DNA from: Candidatus Xenobia bacterium
GTDB lineage: Bacteria > Vulcanimicrobiota > Xenobia > Xenobiales > QWHO01
NCBI GenBank assembly: GCA_045863235.1
Contig: BTUM01000002.1
Location: 128,001-192,000, forward strand
Direction: 5' to 3'
Length of the DNA stretch: 64,000 nt
Part shown: piece by piece, positions 37,585 through 48,349 of the stretch
Layout: the number at the start of each line of letters is the position of its first letter
Numbering within the stretch: position 1 is the first letter of the stretch
Made by a program: the position numbers and the translations under genes
The notes under the pieces: model-generated
Seen by the model: only the letters and a program-made list of their open reading frames with translations
Told to the model about the DNA's origin: nothing
Databases searched by the model: none

Positions 37585-38892
37585 ATGATCTCCGGCTTGA
37601 GCCCTAGCGATCGACACAGCTGGCAGTTGCGCCGCCAGAGCCCGGCCGATCTATCTCCGGATGGTGGCTATGAGAGCCAGCCAACCGGTGACCGTGTCAT
37701 CTTGCGCGAGCGAGAGTCGGGCCGCACCCGGAGCCTGGCCGCGCCGTCCGAGCTGACCCTGGAGCGCACCAGCGTTGCCAACGGCGGGCAGACGGCCGCT
37801 TTCAGCGGCAAGGACTCCAAAGGCGCCATCCATCTCTTCAGGGTCGGTCTCGATGAGGCACCCCAGCTCGTCGAGAACCGCTTTGCACTCTACGGTATCG
37901 ACCTGTCCCCCGACGGTCGACAGCTTGCCTACATCTCGCTCGACCAGGTACAGGTGCACGACGGCCAGCAGAGCCGGACCCTGGCGAAGCTCCCCAGCCA
38001 GCTCGACGAAGTGCACTACCTTCAGGACGGGCGGATGCTGGTGCAGGGCCACACCACCTGCTGGTCCAACGGGCGCGTGGACACCTTCTGGGTGCTGAAC
38101 GAGCATGGACAGAGCCAGTTTCTCGACGATCCCAATCTTGCCGAGGAGCTCTCCCCGGGAACTCTCAGCGCTCTCGATGAGGGTTACCAGAACGCCTTCC
38201 CGATGGCCGACCCGGCCCAGCGTAAGGCCTTGATGGGACAATTCGGTTACCACACTCCGACCTACCGGATCCCCTCACCCACGAAGGACCGCATGGTCTT
38301 CTCGGTCAAATCCCGATTCGCGCCCATGGACCCTCGCCAGGGCATCTACCTGGTGCAACGCGGGCAGGGCCAGGCGGAGCGCATCCGCCAGGGGGAAGGA
38401 GTCGACCTGATCGCCGGAAGGGAGCTCTCCTCCGTGACCTGGAGCGCCGATGGGTCTGAAGCAGCCCTGGTCCTGGCTCGAGGCTCGGGGGATGCCTACG
38501 CCTGCGTGGTGGGAGCCGAGGCAGACAAAGCGGTGGTTCTCCCCTACCGCATGGATCAGGGCAAACCCGAATGGTCCGAGAGCGGCCGCTATCTCGCCGT
38601 GCAGGTGGTGGTGGACGATCTGACCAGCATCTTCTGCTTCGATACCGAGAAGCGAGCCTTCTTTCCCGTGGTGACGGGCTATCGTCTGGAAGGCTGGAAA
38701 CAGGACCGACTGCTGGTCCGTCGAGGCGAGGAAGCGCCGCTCGAGCTCGAGCCCAACACGATGGACCCCCGATTCGCGCCAGGCCAGCTGTTCGGAAGTC
38801 CCCTGCCCGAGCCGGGACTCGACCCGGGAGTGCGCGTCGAGCCTGACCACGTGGTTGTGGGTGGAGTGCGCGTGCCCCGCAAAACCTCTTAA
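37585..38892 (+). CDS. TolB/PD40-like beta-propeller protein
   Basis: LSPDGRQLAY, WSADGSEAAL, WSESGRYLAV repeats; C-terminal VVVGGVRVPRK. Confidence 0.75.
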   Translation: MISGLSPSDRHSWQLRRQSPADLSPDGGYESQPTGDRVILRERESGRTRSLAAPSELTLERTSVANGGQTAAFSGKDSKGAIHLFRVGLDEAPQLVENRFALYGIDLSPDGRQLAYISLDQVQVHDGQQSRTLAKLPSQLDEVHYLQDGRMLVQGHTTCWSNGRVDTFWVLNEHGQSQFLDDPNLAEELSPGTLSALDEGYQNAFPMADPAQRKALMGQFGYHTPTYRIPSPTKDRMVFSVKSRFAPMDPRQGIYLVQRGQGQAERIRQGEGVDLIAGRELSSVTWSADGSEAALVLARGSGDAYACVVGAEADKAVVLPYRMDQGKPEWSESGRYLAVQVVVDDLTSIFCFDTEKRAFFPVVTGYRLEGWKQDRLLVRRGEEAPLELEPNTMDPRFAPGQLFGSPLPEPGLDPGVRVEPDHVVVGGVRVPRKTS

Positions 38893-38922
38893 GGCGGCGC
38901 GTCGAACGCTTCAGCGCCCCAC

Positions 38923-39336
38923 CTAAACCTCGAGCCCGGTTCCCTTCACGAACGTGCGAGCCTTCTGCTCCAGGCTCTGACGCTGGAAAGCCTCCCACTC
39001 GCGCTTCTCCTTGACCTTGGTCTCGAGCACGTCGCGGAATTCGCGGAAGGGCCGATGACTCGTCATGGCCCGCTTGAGGTTCTCCTTGAGCTTGGGATCG
39101 TGCACCTGGGCGATGAAGCGCTCCATATCGGCGTGATTTTCGCGCGGGCTCGACTTGGGCACCTGAATGTACTTGCCTTTGTCGGTGGCCAGGGCCTTTT
39201 TGATCTGCTCGAGTTGAGCCCGGTTCTCCAGGTCGATCTTGATGATCTTGCCGGTGGCTCGCTCGATGAGATACTGGTTAGCCGGCTCGTGGTCACCCAG
39301 GATCTGAATCAGCGCTTTGAGATCGACTTTTGCCAT
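38923..39336 (-). CDS. UPF0158-family protein
   Basis: YLIERATG, MERFI...L.RA...RPFREFRDVL...EW pattern; SD GAGGTG. Confidence 0.8.
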   Translation of the reverse strand: MAKVDLKALIQILGDHEPANQYLIERATGKIIKIDLENRAQLEQIKKALATDKGKYIQVPKSSPRENHADMERFIAQVHDPKLKENLKRAMTSHRPFREFRDVLETKVKEKREWEAFQRQSLEQKARTFVKGTGLEV

Positions 39337-39344
39337 GCTTCACC

Positions 39345-41330
39345 TCACCATGGGAACAACATCAGAGCCACGGCTCGGGTCCAGTAGGCGATGGCCTGGT
39401 CGACCTTGCCGCGCTGATAGAACAGCGTGCCCAGATTGTGGTATACGTGCCAGAACTTGGGATTGAGCTGCACCACCTTGTCCCACTCCAGGATGCACAG
39501 CTCGATCTTCCCCTGCTCGAGATATGCCTCGCCCAGATTGTAGTAGGACTGCCAGTGATGCGGGTTGATCTGGGTCACCCGCTGCCACTCCATCACGGCC
39601 GCGTCCACCTGGCTGCGATGAAAGAAGTACGTGTTGGCCAGGTTCCAGTGGGCCGGCCAGTGCTCGTCTTTGAACTGGATGGTCTTTTGCCACTGGCTGA
39701 TGGCCTCGTCGAACATCGACTGGGCGTAGTAAGCGTTGCCCAGGTTGTTGTGAGCCTGCCAGAAGCCGTACTTGGCCCGCGTAGCCTTCTCCCACTCACG
39801 CACGGCCAGATCGACGTTGCCCTTCTCATAATGCATGTTGCCCATATTGTAGTGGGCCTGGGCGAACTCGGGGTTGACCTCGACCGACTTCTTCCAGCAC
39901 TCGATGGCTCCGTCGGTATCTCCCTGCTCCATCTTGAGAGAGCCCAGATTGTAGAGGGCCACCGCGAACTGGGGGTCCAGCTCGAGAGCCCGCGACCAGT
40001 GGTCCTTGGCCTCGTTCTTGAGGCCTTTCTTGTAATAAGCGTTGCCAAGGTTATAGAGCACCTCGGCGAACTGGGGGTTCAAAATGAGGGCTTTCTGCCA
40101 CTCCTCGATAGCTGAGTCGAGCTTGCCCTTCTTGTAGAAGCCGTTGCCCAGGTTGTAGTAAGCGGGGGCAAACTTGGGGTTGAGCACGGTGACCTTGCGG
40201 TACTCCTCGATGGAGTTGTCCAGCGCGCCCTGACGATAGAAAGCCGAGCCCAGGTTGTAATGGGCCACGAAATTGTTGGGGTTCAGGTCGACCGCCTTGC
40301 CATACTCGACGATGGCGTCGGGAAGCCGGCCCAGGCCGTCCAGGGCGGTACCCAGGTTGTTGTGAGTGAGGGCGTTGTAGGGGTCGAGGTTGGTGGCCTT
40401 CTGCCATTCCATGATGGCCAGGTCGAGCTTGCCCTGCTTGTAGTAGTTGTTGCCCAGAATGTTGTGCAGAGCCGCCTGCGAGGGGCTGATCTGGGTCTTG
40501 TAGAGGTCTTCTTGCACCTCCTCCACCTTGAGCCCCTCGATCAGGTCACCCACGTTTTGGAAGCGCTCGGAAGGATCCTTGCGCATGCACTTGAGGATGG
40601 CTTCCTCGATCTTCTCTGGGATGAGGCGATTGATGCCGATGGGTCGCGGGGGGTCGGCGGTGAGGTGGAGCTGGATCACGGCCGGCAGGTTGTCGGCCCG
40701 GAAAGGCACCTGGCCGGTCAACATCTCGAAGAGGAGCACCCCGAGCGAGTAGATGTCGGCCCGCCGATCCACCTTCTCGCCGCGAGCCTGCTCGGGCGAG
40801 AAGTAAAAGCAGGATCCGAGCACCTGACCGGGTTGGGTCAGGGTCTGGGACGCTCCCACCCAGGCGATGCCGAAGTCGGCCACCTTCACCTTGCGGTCCT
40901 CGGTGACCATGATGTTGCCCGGCTTGACGTCGCGGTGCACGATCCCGTGCTGGTGGGCGTAGTCGAGGGCCTGGGCCATGGGCACGAAAATCTCCAGGGC
41001 CTCCTGCACCCCCATGGGGCCGCGCCGCTCGCGCAAGATGACATCGAGGGAGGAGCCGTTGATGAACTCCATCACCAGGTAGTAAATCCCGTCCTGCTCG
41101 TTGATGTCATAGATGCCGATAATGTTGGGGTGGTTGAGACGAGCCGCAGCCTGAGCCTCGCGGATGAAGCGCTCCTTGGAATCCGGGTTCCCCACCAGTT
41201 GTTGAGAGAGGATCTTGATGGCCACATGCCGGTTCAAGAGGGGGTCATGACCCTTGTAGACCACGCCCATGCCGCCGCGTCCGAGCTCTTGCATGATGTG
41301 GTAGCGGCCAATGGTTGCGGAAACGCTCAT
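39345..41330 (-). CDS. Ser/Thr kinase with about 11 C-terminal TPR repeats
   Basis: LGRGGMGVVY, VAIK, HRDVKPGN, DFGIA; repeated HNNLG/HYNLG TPR units. Confidence 0.95.
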   Translation of the reverse strand: MSVSATIGRYHIMQELGRGGMGVVYKGHDPLLNRHVAIKILSQQLVGNPDSKERFIREAQAAARLNHPNIIGIYDINEQDGIYYLVMEFINGSSLDVILRERRGPMGVQEALEIFVPMAQALDYAHQHGIVHRDVKPGNIMVTEDRKVKVADFGIAWVGASQTLTQPGQVLGSCFYFSPEQARGEKVDRRADIYSLGVLLFEMLTGQVPFRADNLPAVIQLHLTADPPRPIGINRLIPEKIEEAILKCMRKDPSERFQNVGDLIEGLKVEEVQEDLYKTQISPSQAALHNILGNNYYKQGKLDLAIMEWQKATNLDPYNALTHNNLGTALDGLGRLPDAIVEYGKAVDLNPNNFVAHYNLGSAFYRQGALDNSIEEYRKVTVLNPKFAPAYYNLGNGFYKKGKLDSAIEEWQKALILNPQFAEVLYNLGNAYYKKGLKNEAKDHWSRALELDPQFAVALYNLGSLKMEQGDTDGAIECWKKSVEVNPEFAQAHYNMGNMHYEKGNVDLAVREWEKATRAKYGFWQAHNNLGNAYYAQSMFDEAISQWQKTIQFKDEHWPAHWNLANTYFFHRSQVDAAVMEWQRVTQINPHHWQSYYNLGEAYLEQGKIELCILEWDKVVQLNPKFWHVYHNLGTLFYQRGKVDQAIAYWTRAVALMLFPW

Positions 41331-41376
41331 CGAGCGTGAAGCCTTCTACGGAAGCTCAGGCTCGCCCTGTCGGCGG

Positions 41377-42114
41377 TCAACGACCGAAAGGGTTGCTGTT
41401 GCGGGGGGGGTCGACGGGCAGGGTGGCGGCCGCCAGGACGCCACCGGCCATTCCGAACAGATGGCTCTCCCAGGAAATTCCCTCCTTACCCGGGACCACG
41501 CCTGCCAGGCTCCCGGCAAAGAGGGCGGTGCTCAAAACGCTGAGAACGATGGGAAGAGGCCGGCGGTCGAACAGGCCCCGGGCCATCAAGAAACCCATAT
41601 AGCCATACACCACGCCACTTGCGCCCAGATGGATGGCAGTGCGACCGGCGGCCCAGGTTCCCAGCCCTGCAGCCAGGCCCGACATGATGGTCACGTCGCG
41701 GAACTTCTTGGGCCCGTGCAGCGCGACCAGCGAGCCGGCCGTCAAGACTCCGAGCGAGTTCGAGATCAGATGCTCCCAGTTGCCGTGCAGGAAGGGGGCC
41801 AGCGGAACGCCCACCAGCCCGGGGACCGACCTGGGCACGATGCCCAAATTGTCAAGTGCGCCGCCAAGCACCGTGTCCAGTGCCTCGGTGCCCCAGCAGG
41901 CCGCCAGGAAGCCAATGGGGCTCCCCACCGCGGCCGCGGCCAGGCCCAGCCCTGTCTTCTCGCCCTGTTGCCTGATACCGGATAGCGAGACGACCTCGCG
42001 GGCCCTGGTCAGATCGGCGACCGAGTCCTGAGCGGCGTTCTCCTCGGTCGACTTCTCGACGCGATGCGCTTTCGTCGGGCGGGAGGTTGTTGCGATGACG
42101 GGGGCGACGACCAT
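41377..42114 (-). CDS. rhomboid-family intramembrane serine protease with an N-terminal extension
   Basis: FLHGNWEHLISN, GASG, SWESHLFG; SD AAGGAG. Confidence 0.92.
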   Translation of the reverse strand: MVVAPVIATTSRPTKAHRVEKSTEENAAQDSVADLTRAREVVSLSGIRQQGEKTGLGLAAAAVGSPIGFLAACWGTEALDTVLGGALDNLGIVPRSVPGLVGVPLAPFLHGNWEHLISNSLGVLTAGSLVALHGPKKFRDVTIMSGLAAGLGTWAAGRTAIHLGASGVVYGYMGFLMARGLFDRRPLPIVLSVLSTALFAGSLAGVVPGKEGISWESHLFGMAGGVLAAATLPVDPPRNSNPFGR

Positions 42115-42172
42115 TGAGCAATCTCCTTCTTAAGACCTCTATACGGCCCGACCCGGAAATTTTCCTGAACCG

Positions 42173-43480
42173 TCAGCGCTGAAAGAAAGGGGTGTGATTG
42201 CCCAGTCGCAGGGCGGGACACTCGCTCTTGAGGCGCGCGAGCATCGCCGGCACTCCCAGCACTCGCCCGCCCGGGCGACGCACCCACTCGGCGTAGAGGT
42301 CCGGATCGATGTTGAGATTGCGAAGCTGGATCATGGTCACGCCTTGCTCGTGCACGAAGCGCACCAGGGCCTCCACTTCCTCCTCGGCATCGTTCCAGCC
42401 CGGCATGACCAGGTAGTTCAGGCACACCTGCAGGCCGTTGTCGGCGGCCATGCGCACCCCGGCAGCGACGTCGGCGAACGAGTAGTTGCGCGGCTGGTAA
42501 TAGGTTGTGTATTGCTCGTCGAGCACGCTGTTGAGCGAGACCCGGATGGAATCGAGCCCGGCCGCGATGACCATCTTGAGACCAGCCGGGCGCGAGCCGT
42601 TGGTGTTGAGATGGATGCAGCCCTGGTCGGTCTGCTCTCGCATGGCCCGGATGGAGCGGGCGATCAGCTCGGCCCGGAGCAGAGGCTCGCCCTCGCAGCC
42701 CTGCCCGAACGAGTAGATGGCCTCGGGAGCCTTCAGGTGCTCGAGCCCGACCTCGACGATCTCCTCGAGCGTGGGCACGAAGTCAAAGCGTTGCTGGGGG
42801 GAGGCCGGCATATCGTCGGGCTGGAGCGAGATGCAGCCGCGACAGACAGCGTTGCAGGCCGGGGACACCGGCACCGCGCCCTCCCAGCGGTTATGAAAGA
42901 CATTCTGGGCGTTATAGCAGCCGTACTCGACGGCGCAGACGGCCAGCTGGCGTAAAACCCGGTTCTCGGGTGAGGCTTTGAGTCGCCGCGCGATGCGCGC
43001 TTTCAGGTCTTTCCCGTGGTAACGAGAGGGGTCCCACCGAGGGTTGGCTTCGGTCTGCACGGCAGCGGCGTACAGCTTGCCACGCCGGAACACGACCGCG
43101 GCATAGCCGAACAGAGGTAGATGGGGAGCACCTTCCTCTCTCCTGTAGGCGGGCAGCAGAGTGCGAATGTAGCCCGAAGGTAACGAGCAGGCCAGCACCA
43201 GGGCGCCCTCGACCGGACGGGGCTCACCCGAGGCCCCGCGGGGCCAACCCACCGCCTGGCGGCCTGGCAGGTACATGACCGAGCTGTGAGCAGGAAGTGC
43301 GGTCAGCTCATCCGGGTGGGGGGCCCGAATCTCGACTCCGGTTCGGGCCGCGGCGACCCAGGCCCGCTCTTCCCAGAAGGAGCCGTCCGGGGCCGAGGCA
43401 GCCAGGACGAAGCCCGAGGAATCTCCTCGGGCCCGTCCCGGATTGGCAGCACGCCGCCGGAGCTTACTGCCCGCGGGCGT
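42173..43480 (-). CDS. radical SAM protein (first ATG at 43276; frame open to a candidate ACG start at 43480)
   Basis: CNAVCRGC (CxxxCxxC), [31 protein letters not shown]. Confidence 0.88.
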   Translation of the reverse strand, partial: TPAGSKLRRRAANPGRARGDSSGFVLAASAPDGSFWEERAWVAAARTGVEIRAPHPDELTALPAHSSVMYLPGRQAVGWPRGASGEPRPVEGALVLACSLPSGYIRTLLPAYRREEGAPHLPLFGYAAVVFRRGKLYAAAVQTEANPRWDPSRYHGKDLKARIARRLKASPENRVLRQLAVCAVEYGCYNAQNVFHNRWEGAVPVSPACNAVCRGCISLQPDDMPASPQQRFDFVPTLEEIVEVGLEHLKAPEAIYSFGQGCEGEPLLRAELIARSIRAMREQTDQGCIHLNTNGSRPAGLKMVIAAGLDSIRVSLNSVLDEQYTTYYQPRNYSFADVAAGVRMAADNGLQVCLNYLVMPGWNDAEEEVEALVRFVHEQGVTMIQLRNLNIDPDLYAEWVRRPGGRVLGVPAMLARLKSECPALRLGNHTPFFQR

Positions 43481-45731
43481 GGGAGACCTCGCGGCCCAGC
43501 GTGTTCAGGAAGTCCTCGTTGGTCTTGGTACGGCGCATGCGCTCGATCACCGCCTCGGTCGGATCCTGGCCGTCGCCGAGCAGGTCGAGAGCCCGGCGCA
43601 TCAGCCAGATCTTCTTCAGCTCCTCCTCGCCGAGCAAGAGCTCCTCGTGGCGGGTTCCCGACTTCTTGATGTCGATGGCCGGGAAGATGCGACGCTCGGC
43701 CAGTCGCCGACTGAGGTCGAGCTCCATGTTGCCGGTGCCTTTGAACTCCTCGAAGATCACCTCATCCATCTTCGAGCCGGTGTCGATCAGCGCGGTGGCA
43801 ATGATGGTCAGGCTGCCGCCGTTCTCGATATTTCGAGCGGCCCCGAAGAAGCGCTTGGGCATCCGCAGGGCGGCGGTGTCCAGGCCGCCGGTGAGGGTGC
43901 GTCCCGAAGGAGGGGTGATGTTGTTGTAGGCGCGACCCATACGGGTCAGCGAGTCCAGCAAGATGACCACGTCCTTGCCCATCTCGACCATGCGCATGGC
44001 TTTGGCCAGCACCAGCTCGGAAACGTGGGCGTGCTGCTCGGGCGGCTCATCGAAGGTAGACGAGATCACCTCGCCGGTGATCGAGCGCTCGAAGTCGGTA
44101 ACCTCTTCGGGACGCTCGTCCACAAGCAGGGCCATCAGCACGGTCTCGGGATAGTTGTTGATGATGCCGTTGGCGATCTTCTTGAGCAAGATTGTCTTAC
44201 CGGCTTTGGGGGGGGCGACGATCATGCCGCGCTGGCCCTTGCCGATGGGACAGAACAGGTCGATCAAGCGCGGCGAGAGGTCGCCGTCAGGCGACTCCAT
44301 CGTGTAGCGCTCGTTGGGGAAGATGGGGGTGAGCTGGTCGAAGTGCGGCCGGCGCCGCGCCTGCTCCGGATCCATGCCATTGACAGTGGAGACCTTCAGC
44401 AAGCCGTAATACTTCTCGCCATTCTTGGGAGGTCGCACCTGACCGAGGACCATGTCGCCCATGCGGAGGCTGAACCGCCGCACCTGGGAGATGGAGACAT
44501 AGATGTCCGATGGTCCGGGCAGGTAGCTGCGGCCACGCAGGAAGCCATAGCCCTCGGGCAAGATCTCCAGCACCCCGCTGGCAAACAGGTTGCCCATCCG
44601 CTCGCGCGGCTCTCCGCGACCCTCGAACTCGCCCGAAACCTCGCCGCGATCCCACTCGCGCTCCTGGCCCCATTCGCCTTCCTCGAGCTCCCAGTCTTCC
44701 CCGCTCTGCTCCGGAGCGCGGTGACGAGGCTCTTCGTCGCGAGGGCGATTGTCCCGGTCGCGACCCCTGCCCCGGTCACGGCCACGGCCGCCTCGCTCGC
44801 GCTCTTCCGGTTCGCGGGCCTGGAGCTCGCGGGTTTCCTCGCGCATCTCATCGCGCACCTCGAATTGATCTCGCTCGCGTCCGCGACCGGCCTGATGACG
44901 TCCGCCTCGGCCCTCATGCTCTCGACCGGCGCGCTCGCGGCCTTCTGGCTCGCGTCCCGCCCGCTCGTGTTCGCGGACCTCGTGCTCACGGCCAGCTCCG
45001 CGGCCCTCGTGCCCACGGCCACCGCGGTCACGGCCCTCGTGGCCACGGCCCTCTTGCTCTCGGGCGCCACGGTCACGGCCCTCTTGCTCTCGGGCGCCAC
45101 GGTCACGGCCCTCTTGCTCTCGGCCGCCACGGTCACGGCCCTCATGCTCGCGGCCACGGCCCTCTTGCTCTCGGGCGCCACGGTCACGGCCCTCATGCTC
45201 GCGGCCACGGCCCTCTTGCTCTCGGGCACCACGGTCACGGCCTTCGTGCTCGCGGCCACGGCCCTCGTGCTCGCGCCCGCCCCGCTGACGGCCTTCAGGC
45301 TCGCGTCCTGCTCGCGGCTCGCGAGCTTCGCCCTCTCGAGCTTCCCCCTCGACCTGATACTCATCTCGACGGAAGCGGTCTCGGGGGTGTCGGCGGGGCT
45401 CGCGCTGGCCACCCTCCTCCGGCCGGGCTGGAGCCGGCTCGACCTCGGCCTGGCCCTCGTCGCGGCGATAACGGCCGGGCCTCGGACGCGGGACGTACAC
45501 GTCATCCTCCGATTCAGCCACCATTCCGGGCGGCTCCTCGGCCACCGCCACGGCCACCGACGCCTCGGCCATCTCCTGGCCGCCCTCCGGGGCACCGAGC
45601 TTCTCGAGGATCTTGTCCACGAGCTCGTCCTTTTTCAGTTTCTGGTGCCCCGACAGCCCAATCTCCTTGGACAGGTCGAGCAACTCGGTGCGGGTTTTGC
45701 GCCGAAGCTCGGCGCCGGTGAATCGATCCAT
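43464..45731 (-). CDS. rho: transcription termination factor Rho with a large N-terminal insertion
   Basis: [50 protein letters not shown]. Confidence 0.98.
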   Translation of the reverse strand: MDRFTGAELRRKTRTELLDLSKEIGLSGHQKLKKDELVDKILEKLGAPEGGQEMAEASVAVAVAEEPPGMVAESEDDVYVPRPRPGRYRRDEGQAEVEPAPARPEEGGQREPRRHPRDRFRRDEYQVEGEAREGEAREPRAGREPEGRQRGGREHEGRGREHEGRDRGAREQEGRGREHEGRDRGAREQEGRGREHEGRDRGGREQEGRDRGAREQEGRDRGAREQEGRGHEGRDRGGRGHEGRGAGREHEVREHERAGREPEGRERAGREHEGRGGRHQAGRGRERDQFEVRDEMREETRELQAREPEERERGGRGRDRGRGRDRDNRPRDEEPRHRAPEQSGEDWELEEGEWGQEREWDRGEVSGEFEGRGEPRERMGNLFASGVLEILPEGYGFLRGRSYLPGPSDIYVSISQVRRFSLRMGDMVLGQVRPPKNGEKYYGLLKVSTVNGMDPEQARRRPHFDQLTPIFPNERYTMESPDGDLSPRLIDLFCPIGKGQRGMIVAPPKAGKTILLKKIANGIINNYPETVLMALLVDERPEEVTDFERSITGEVISSTFDEPPEQHAHVSELVLAKAMRMVEMGKDVVILLDSLTRMGRAYNNITPPSGRTLTGGLDTAALRMPKRFFGAARNIENGGSLTIIATALIDTGSKMDEVIFEEFKGTGNMELDLSRRLAERRIFPAIDIKKSGTRHEELLLGEEELKKIWLMRRALDLLGDGQDPTEAVIERMRRTKTNEDFLNTLGREVSHARGQ
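44960..45280 (-). repeat. 21/30-bp tandem coding repeats ([10 protein letters not shown] / REHEGRG) in the Rho insertion
   Basis: Repeated CACGGTCACGGCCCTCTTGCTCTCGGGCGC-type units on the plus strand. Confidence 0.9.
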
Positions 45732-45799
45732 TGTACACCCCTTCTTGGGTAGCTTGTCTTTTGGCCCTCGCGGGCCGAGTTTCTATCCTGCGCTGGCCG

Positions 45800-46852
45800 T
45801 CAATCGGCCAGACGATAACGTTTGAGCTGCCAGAGACTGGCTCCGAACGCAAGCAGCGTTGAGACAGCCAGTATCAAGAGAGGCCTGCTCACCTCGCTGA
45901 AGCCCGCTCCCCCCAGAATGGACTGGCTGAGAGCCGACTGCAGGTAGTAAGTGGGCATCCAGCGGGCTGCCTGGAACATCACCTGGCTCACGTCGGCCAG
46001 TGCGACCGGCACGAACAAAACCAGATAGAGGCCCGACAACACCGCATTAGCCGTGGCCTGGCTCTGGACGCTCAAACCGACCAGAGTACCGAGCCCGGCA
46101 AAAGCCAGGCAGCCCAGTGCGATGAGAGCCAGCTCGGACAACCAGGAGCGAGTAAAGCCCTGATTGAGAGCCAGCACCAGGACCGAGGCCAGAGCTGCCA
46201 GGAAGAAGCCGGACAGGAGCTTTCCCGCCAGCACTTCCCACAGCTCCACTGGAGCCGCAAGTATCGCCGAAAGTGTCTTTTTCTCCTTCTCCTCCACCAG
46301 GGTTGAGGCGGTCACCATCAACGCTCCCAGCGTCGTGAAGACCACCCAGATGGGCAGAAGCGTTTTCCGGGGCGCCCCGGTAAACTCACGCACCTTGTCC
46401 ACTCGGATGTCCGCGGGGATCTCCTGGCCAACCTGCTCGCGCAGAGCGGACCGAATGGCCTCGCGGATCACCGCAACCTGACCGCGGTAGCTTTCGTCTA
46501 CCGCAAGATCGAGGCGAGGGAACAGATCCTGTTCGAGGGAACCATCGAAACCAGCGGGCACTCCCAGCGAGGCCGGAGCCCGACCCCGCTCGACCAGCTC
46601 GCGCCCCTGGCTCCAGCTGGAAACCCTCTCAATTCTTATCAACTCGGAGGCTTCAAGAACCCTCACCAGGCCACTCGACCCGGGGTCGTAGACCGCCAGG
46701 AGAGGCCGGCGGATGTCGGCCGCTCCCAGTGACCGGGCCATCAAGACCGACAGCACAACCGGACCGAGCAGCATCACCAGAAGAGTCTGGCTGCGAGCAG
46801 CATCCTCCAGGTCTTTACCGAACAGGGCGATTATCGCGCGTAGACTGGCCAA
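45800..46852 (-). CDS. ABC-2 transporter permease
   Basis: LVEEKEKKTLSAILAAP...VLAGK, multiple TM helices, large extracytoplasmic loop. Confidence 0.88.
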   Translation of the reverse strand: MASLRAIIALFGKDLEDAARSQTLLVMLLGPVVLSVLMARSLGAADIRRPLLAVYDPGSSGLVRVLEASELIRIERVSSWSQGRELVERGRAPASLGVPAGFDGSLEQDLFPRLDLAVDESYRGQVAVIREAIRSALREQVGQEIPADIRVDKVREFTGAPRKTLLPIWVVFTTLGALMVTASTLVEEKEKKTLSAILAAPVELWEVLAGKLLSGFFLAALASVLVLALNQGFTRSWLSELALIALGCLAFAGLGTLVGLSVQSQATANAVLSGLYLVLFVPVALADVSQVMFQAARWMPTYYLQSALSQSILGGAGFSEVSRPLLILAVSTLLAFGASLWQLKRYRLAD

Positions 46853-46858
46853 AACGGC

Positions 46859-47497
46859 TCAGGGCTTCGGCTCGCTCGCCTCGTCGGGGGACGGTGCGAC
46901 CTCCTTTTCGCTCGCCGGGCCGGAGCCCGAGGTGACCTCGGTTTCGATCACCTCGACACCCGCCGGGTTGAGTATCTCCCGAGCACTCGCTTTCTGGTCC
47001 TCACTCAGACCCTTCAAGTCGAGTCGCTCATAGCTCATAATCTGAGTCTTGAAATTCTCCCGCACCAAAAACTGAATCCCATCAGAAGAAAGCAGCTTGG
47101 CTGCGGCCTTCTCTGCCTGAGCCTTCTTGGGATAGATGGCCCCGTAGGTCAAAACCGTGCCCCCCGGCTTGTAATCAAACTTGTGCTTCTGCAGCTTGAG
47201 GGTCTTGGCCAGAGGCTCGAGACTGGACGGGTCGTCCGACTCCAAGACCAGCTTGTAGCCTTTGAGAACCCGCTTCTCGCCCTTCTCGCGCTGAATGGGA
47301 ACCTCGCCCAGTCCGGCCTCCTCGAGAGCCTTCTTAAGCTTGGTGGCCTGGTCGCGCTTCTCAACCTTGACGACAAGGTCGAACTTCTTTGGCTCGGGAG
47401 CTTTGGAGAAGATGCCCTTGGCATACGCGATCAGGGCTCCGTCCACGACGAGGCCAACAAGAACAAGTGCAATCAGGGCTCTGCGGATGGTAGACAC
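46859..47497 (-). CDS. hypothetical membrane-anchored Lys-rich protein
   Basis: N-terminal TM helix; SD GAGGA before GTG. Confidence 0.7.
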   Translation of the reverse strand: MSTIRRALIALVLVGLVVDGALIAYAKGIFSKAPEPKKFDLVVKVEKRDQATKLKKALEEAGLGEVPIQREKGEKRVLKGYKLVLESDDPSSLEPLAKTLKLQKHKFDYKPGGTVLTYGAIYPKKAQAEKAAAKLLSSDGIQFLVRENFKTQIMSYERLDLKGLSEDQKASAREILNPAGVEVIETEVTSGSGPASEKEVAPSPDEASEPKP

Positions 47498-47596
47498 GGC
47501 GATCCTCGCTGGAAAGCGCCTTCAGTTTAGGCGATGATACGGGGGCTGTCAATCGGAACCAGTCTGGCTGGTTGACCGTGATTCAACGCCGAAGCG

Positions 47597-48349
47597 TCAG
47601 ATCCTCGACGAGGCGGGCTCTTCGACGGTTTCATGCAGTCTCCTTCCAGTCAGCCGAAGGAACACTTCTTCCAGTGTCCCTCCCTGGCGAAGCGCGTCTG
47701 GATGGTCGCAAACCAGCAGGTGACCTCGATCCAGGATAGCCACCCGGGCGCAAAGCTCCTGGGCCTCCTCCATGGAATGGGTGGTAAGGAAGATGGTCTT
47801 GCCCGAGGCACTGAGGTCACGCACCCGCTCGCGCACATCCCGGGCAGCCCGCGGGTCGAGCCCGGCGGTGGGCTCGTCCAGAAAGAGCAGCTCCGGGTCT
47901 CCGACCAGAGCTCGGGCGAGAGCCAATCTCTGCCGCATTCCTCGCGAGAGACGGGAGACCACGTCCCGTCTTCTCTCCCAGAGATCGAAGGAGCGCAAGA
48001 GCTCCTCGCAGCGGCCGGGGCCGACCCCGTGAAGGCGGGCAAAAAAGGCCAGGTTACTGGCCACGCTGAGCCGATCGTAGTGACCCGCATCCTCAGACGA
48101 CAGGCCGATGCGGCGTCGAAGCTCGCGCCCCCGCGAGGCCGGATCCAGACCCAGAACGCTGACGCTGCCAGCCGAAGCCTTCAGCTGGCCGGTCAGAATC
48201 CGAATGGTCGTGGTCTTGCCGGCTCCGTTGGGGCCCAGAAATCCGAAGACTTCGCCCTTGCTCACCTCGAAGGTGACGTCCAGCAGCGCCTCCCGGGCTC
48301 CGAAGCGGCGAGACAGACCCTGGACCGAGATCGCTACATGTAGCCCCAT
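47597..48349 (-). CDS. ABC transporter ATP-binding protein
   Basis: GPNGAGKTT, LSRGMRQR, FLDEPT, TTH. Confidence 0.95.
   Translation of the reverse strand: MGLHVAISVQGLSRRFGAREALLDVTFEVSKGEVFGFLGPNGAGKTTTIRILTGQLKASAGSVSVLGLDPASRGRELRRRIGLSSEDAGHYDRLSVASNLAFFARLHGVGPGRCEELLRSFDLWERRRDVVSRLSRGMRQRLALARALVGDPELLFLDEPTAGLDPRAARDVRERVRDLSASGKTIFLTTHSMEEAQELCARVAILDRGHLLVCDHPDALRQGGTLEEVFLRLTGRRLHETVEEPASSRI

Noticed and set aside
44960..45280. CRISPR-like repeat array
   Set aside because: The repeats are contiguous, in-frame multiples of 3 inside rho, with no unique spacers and no cas genes.
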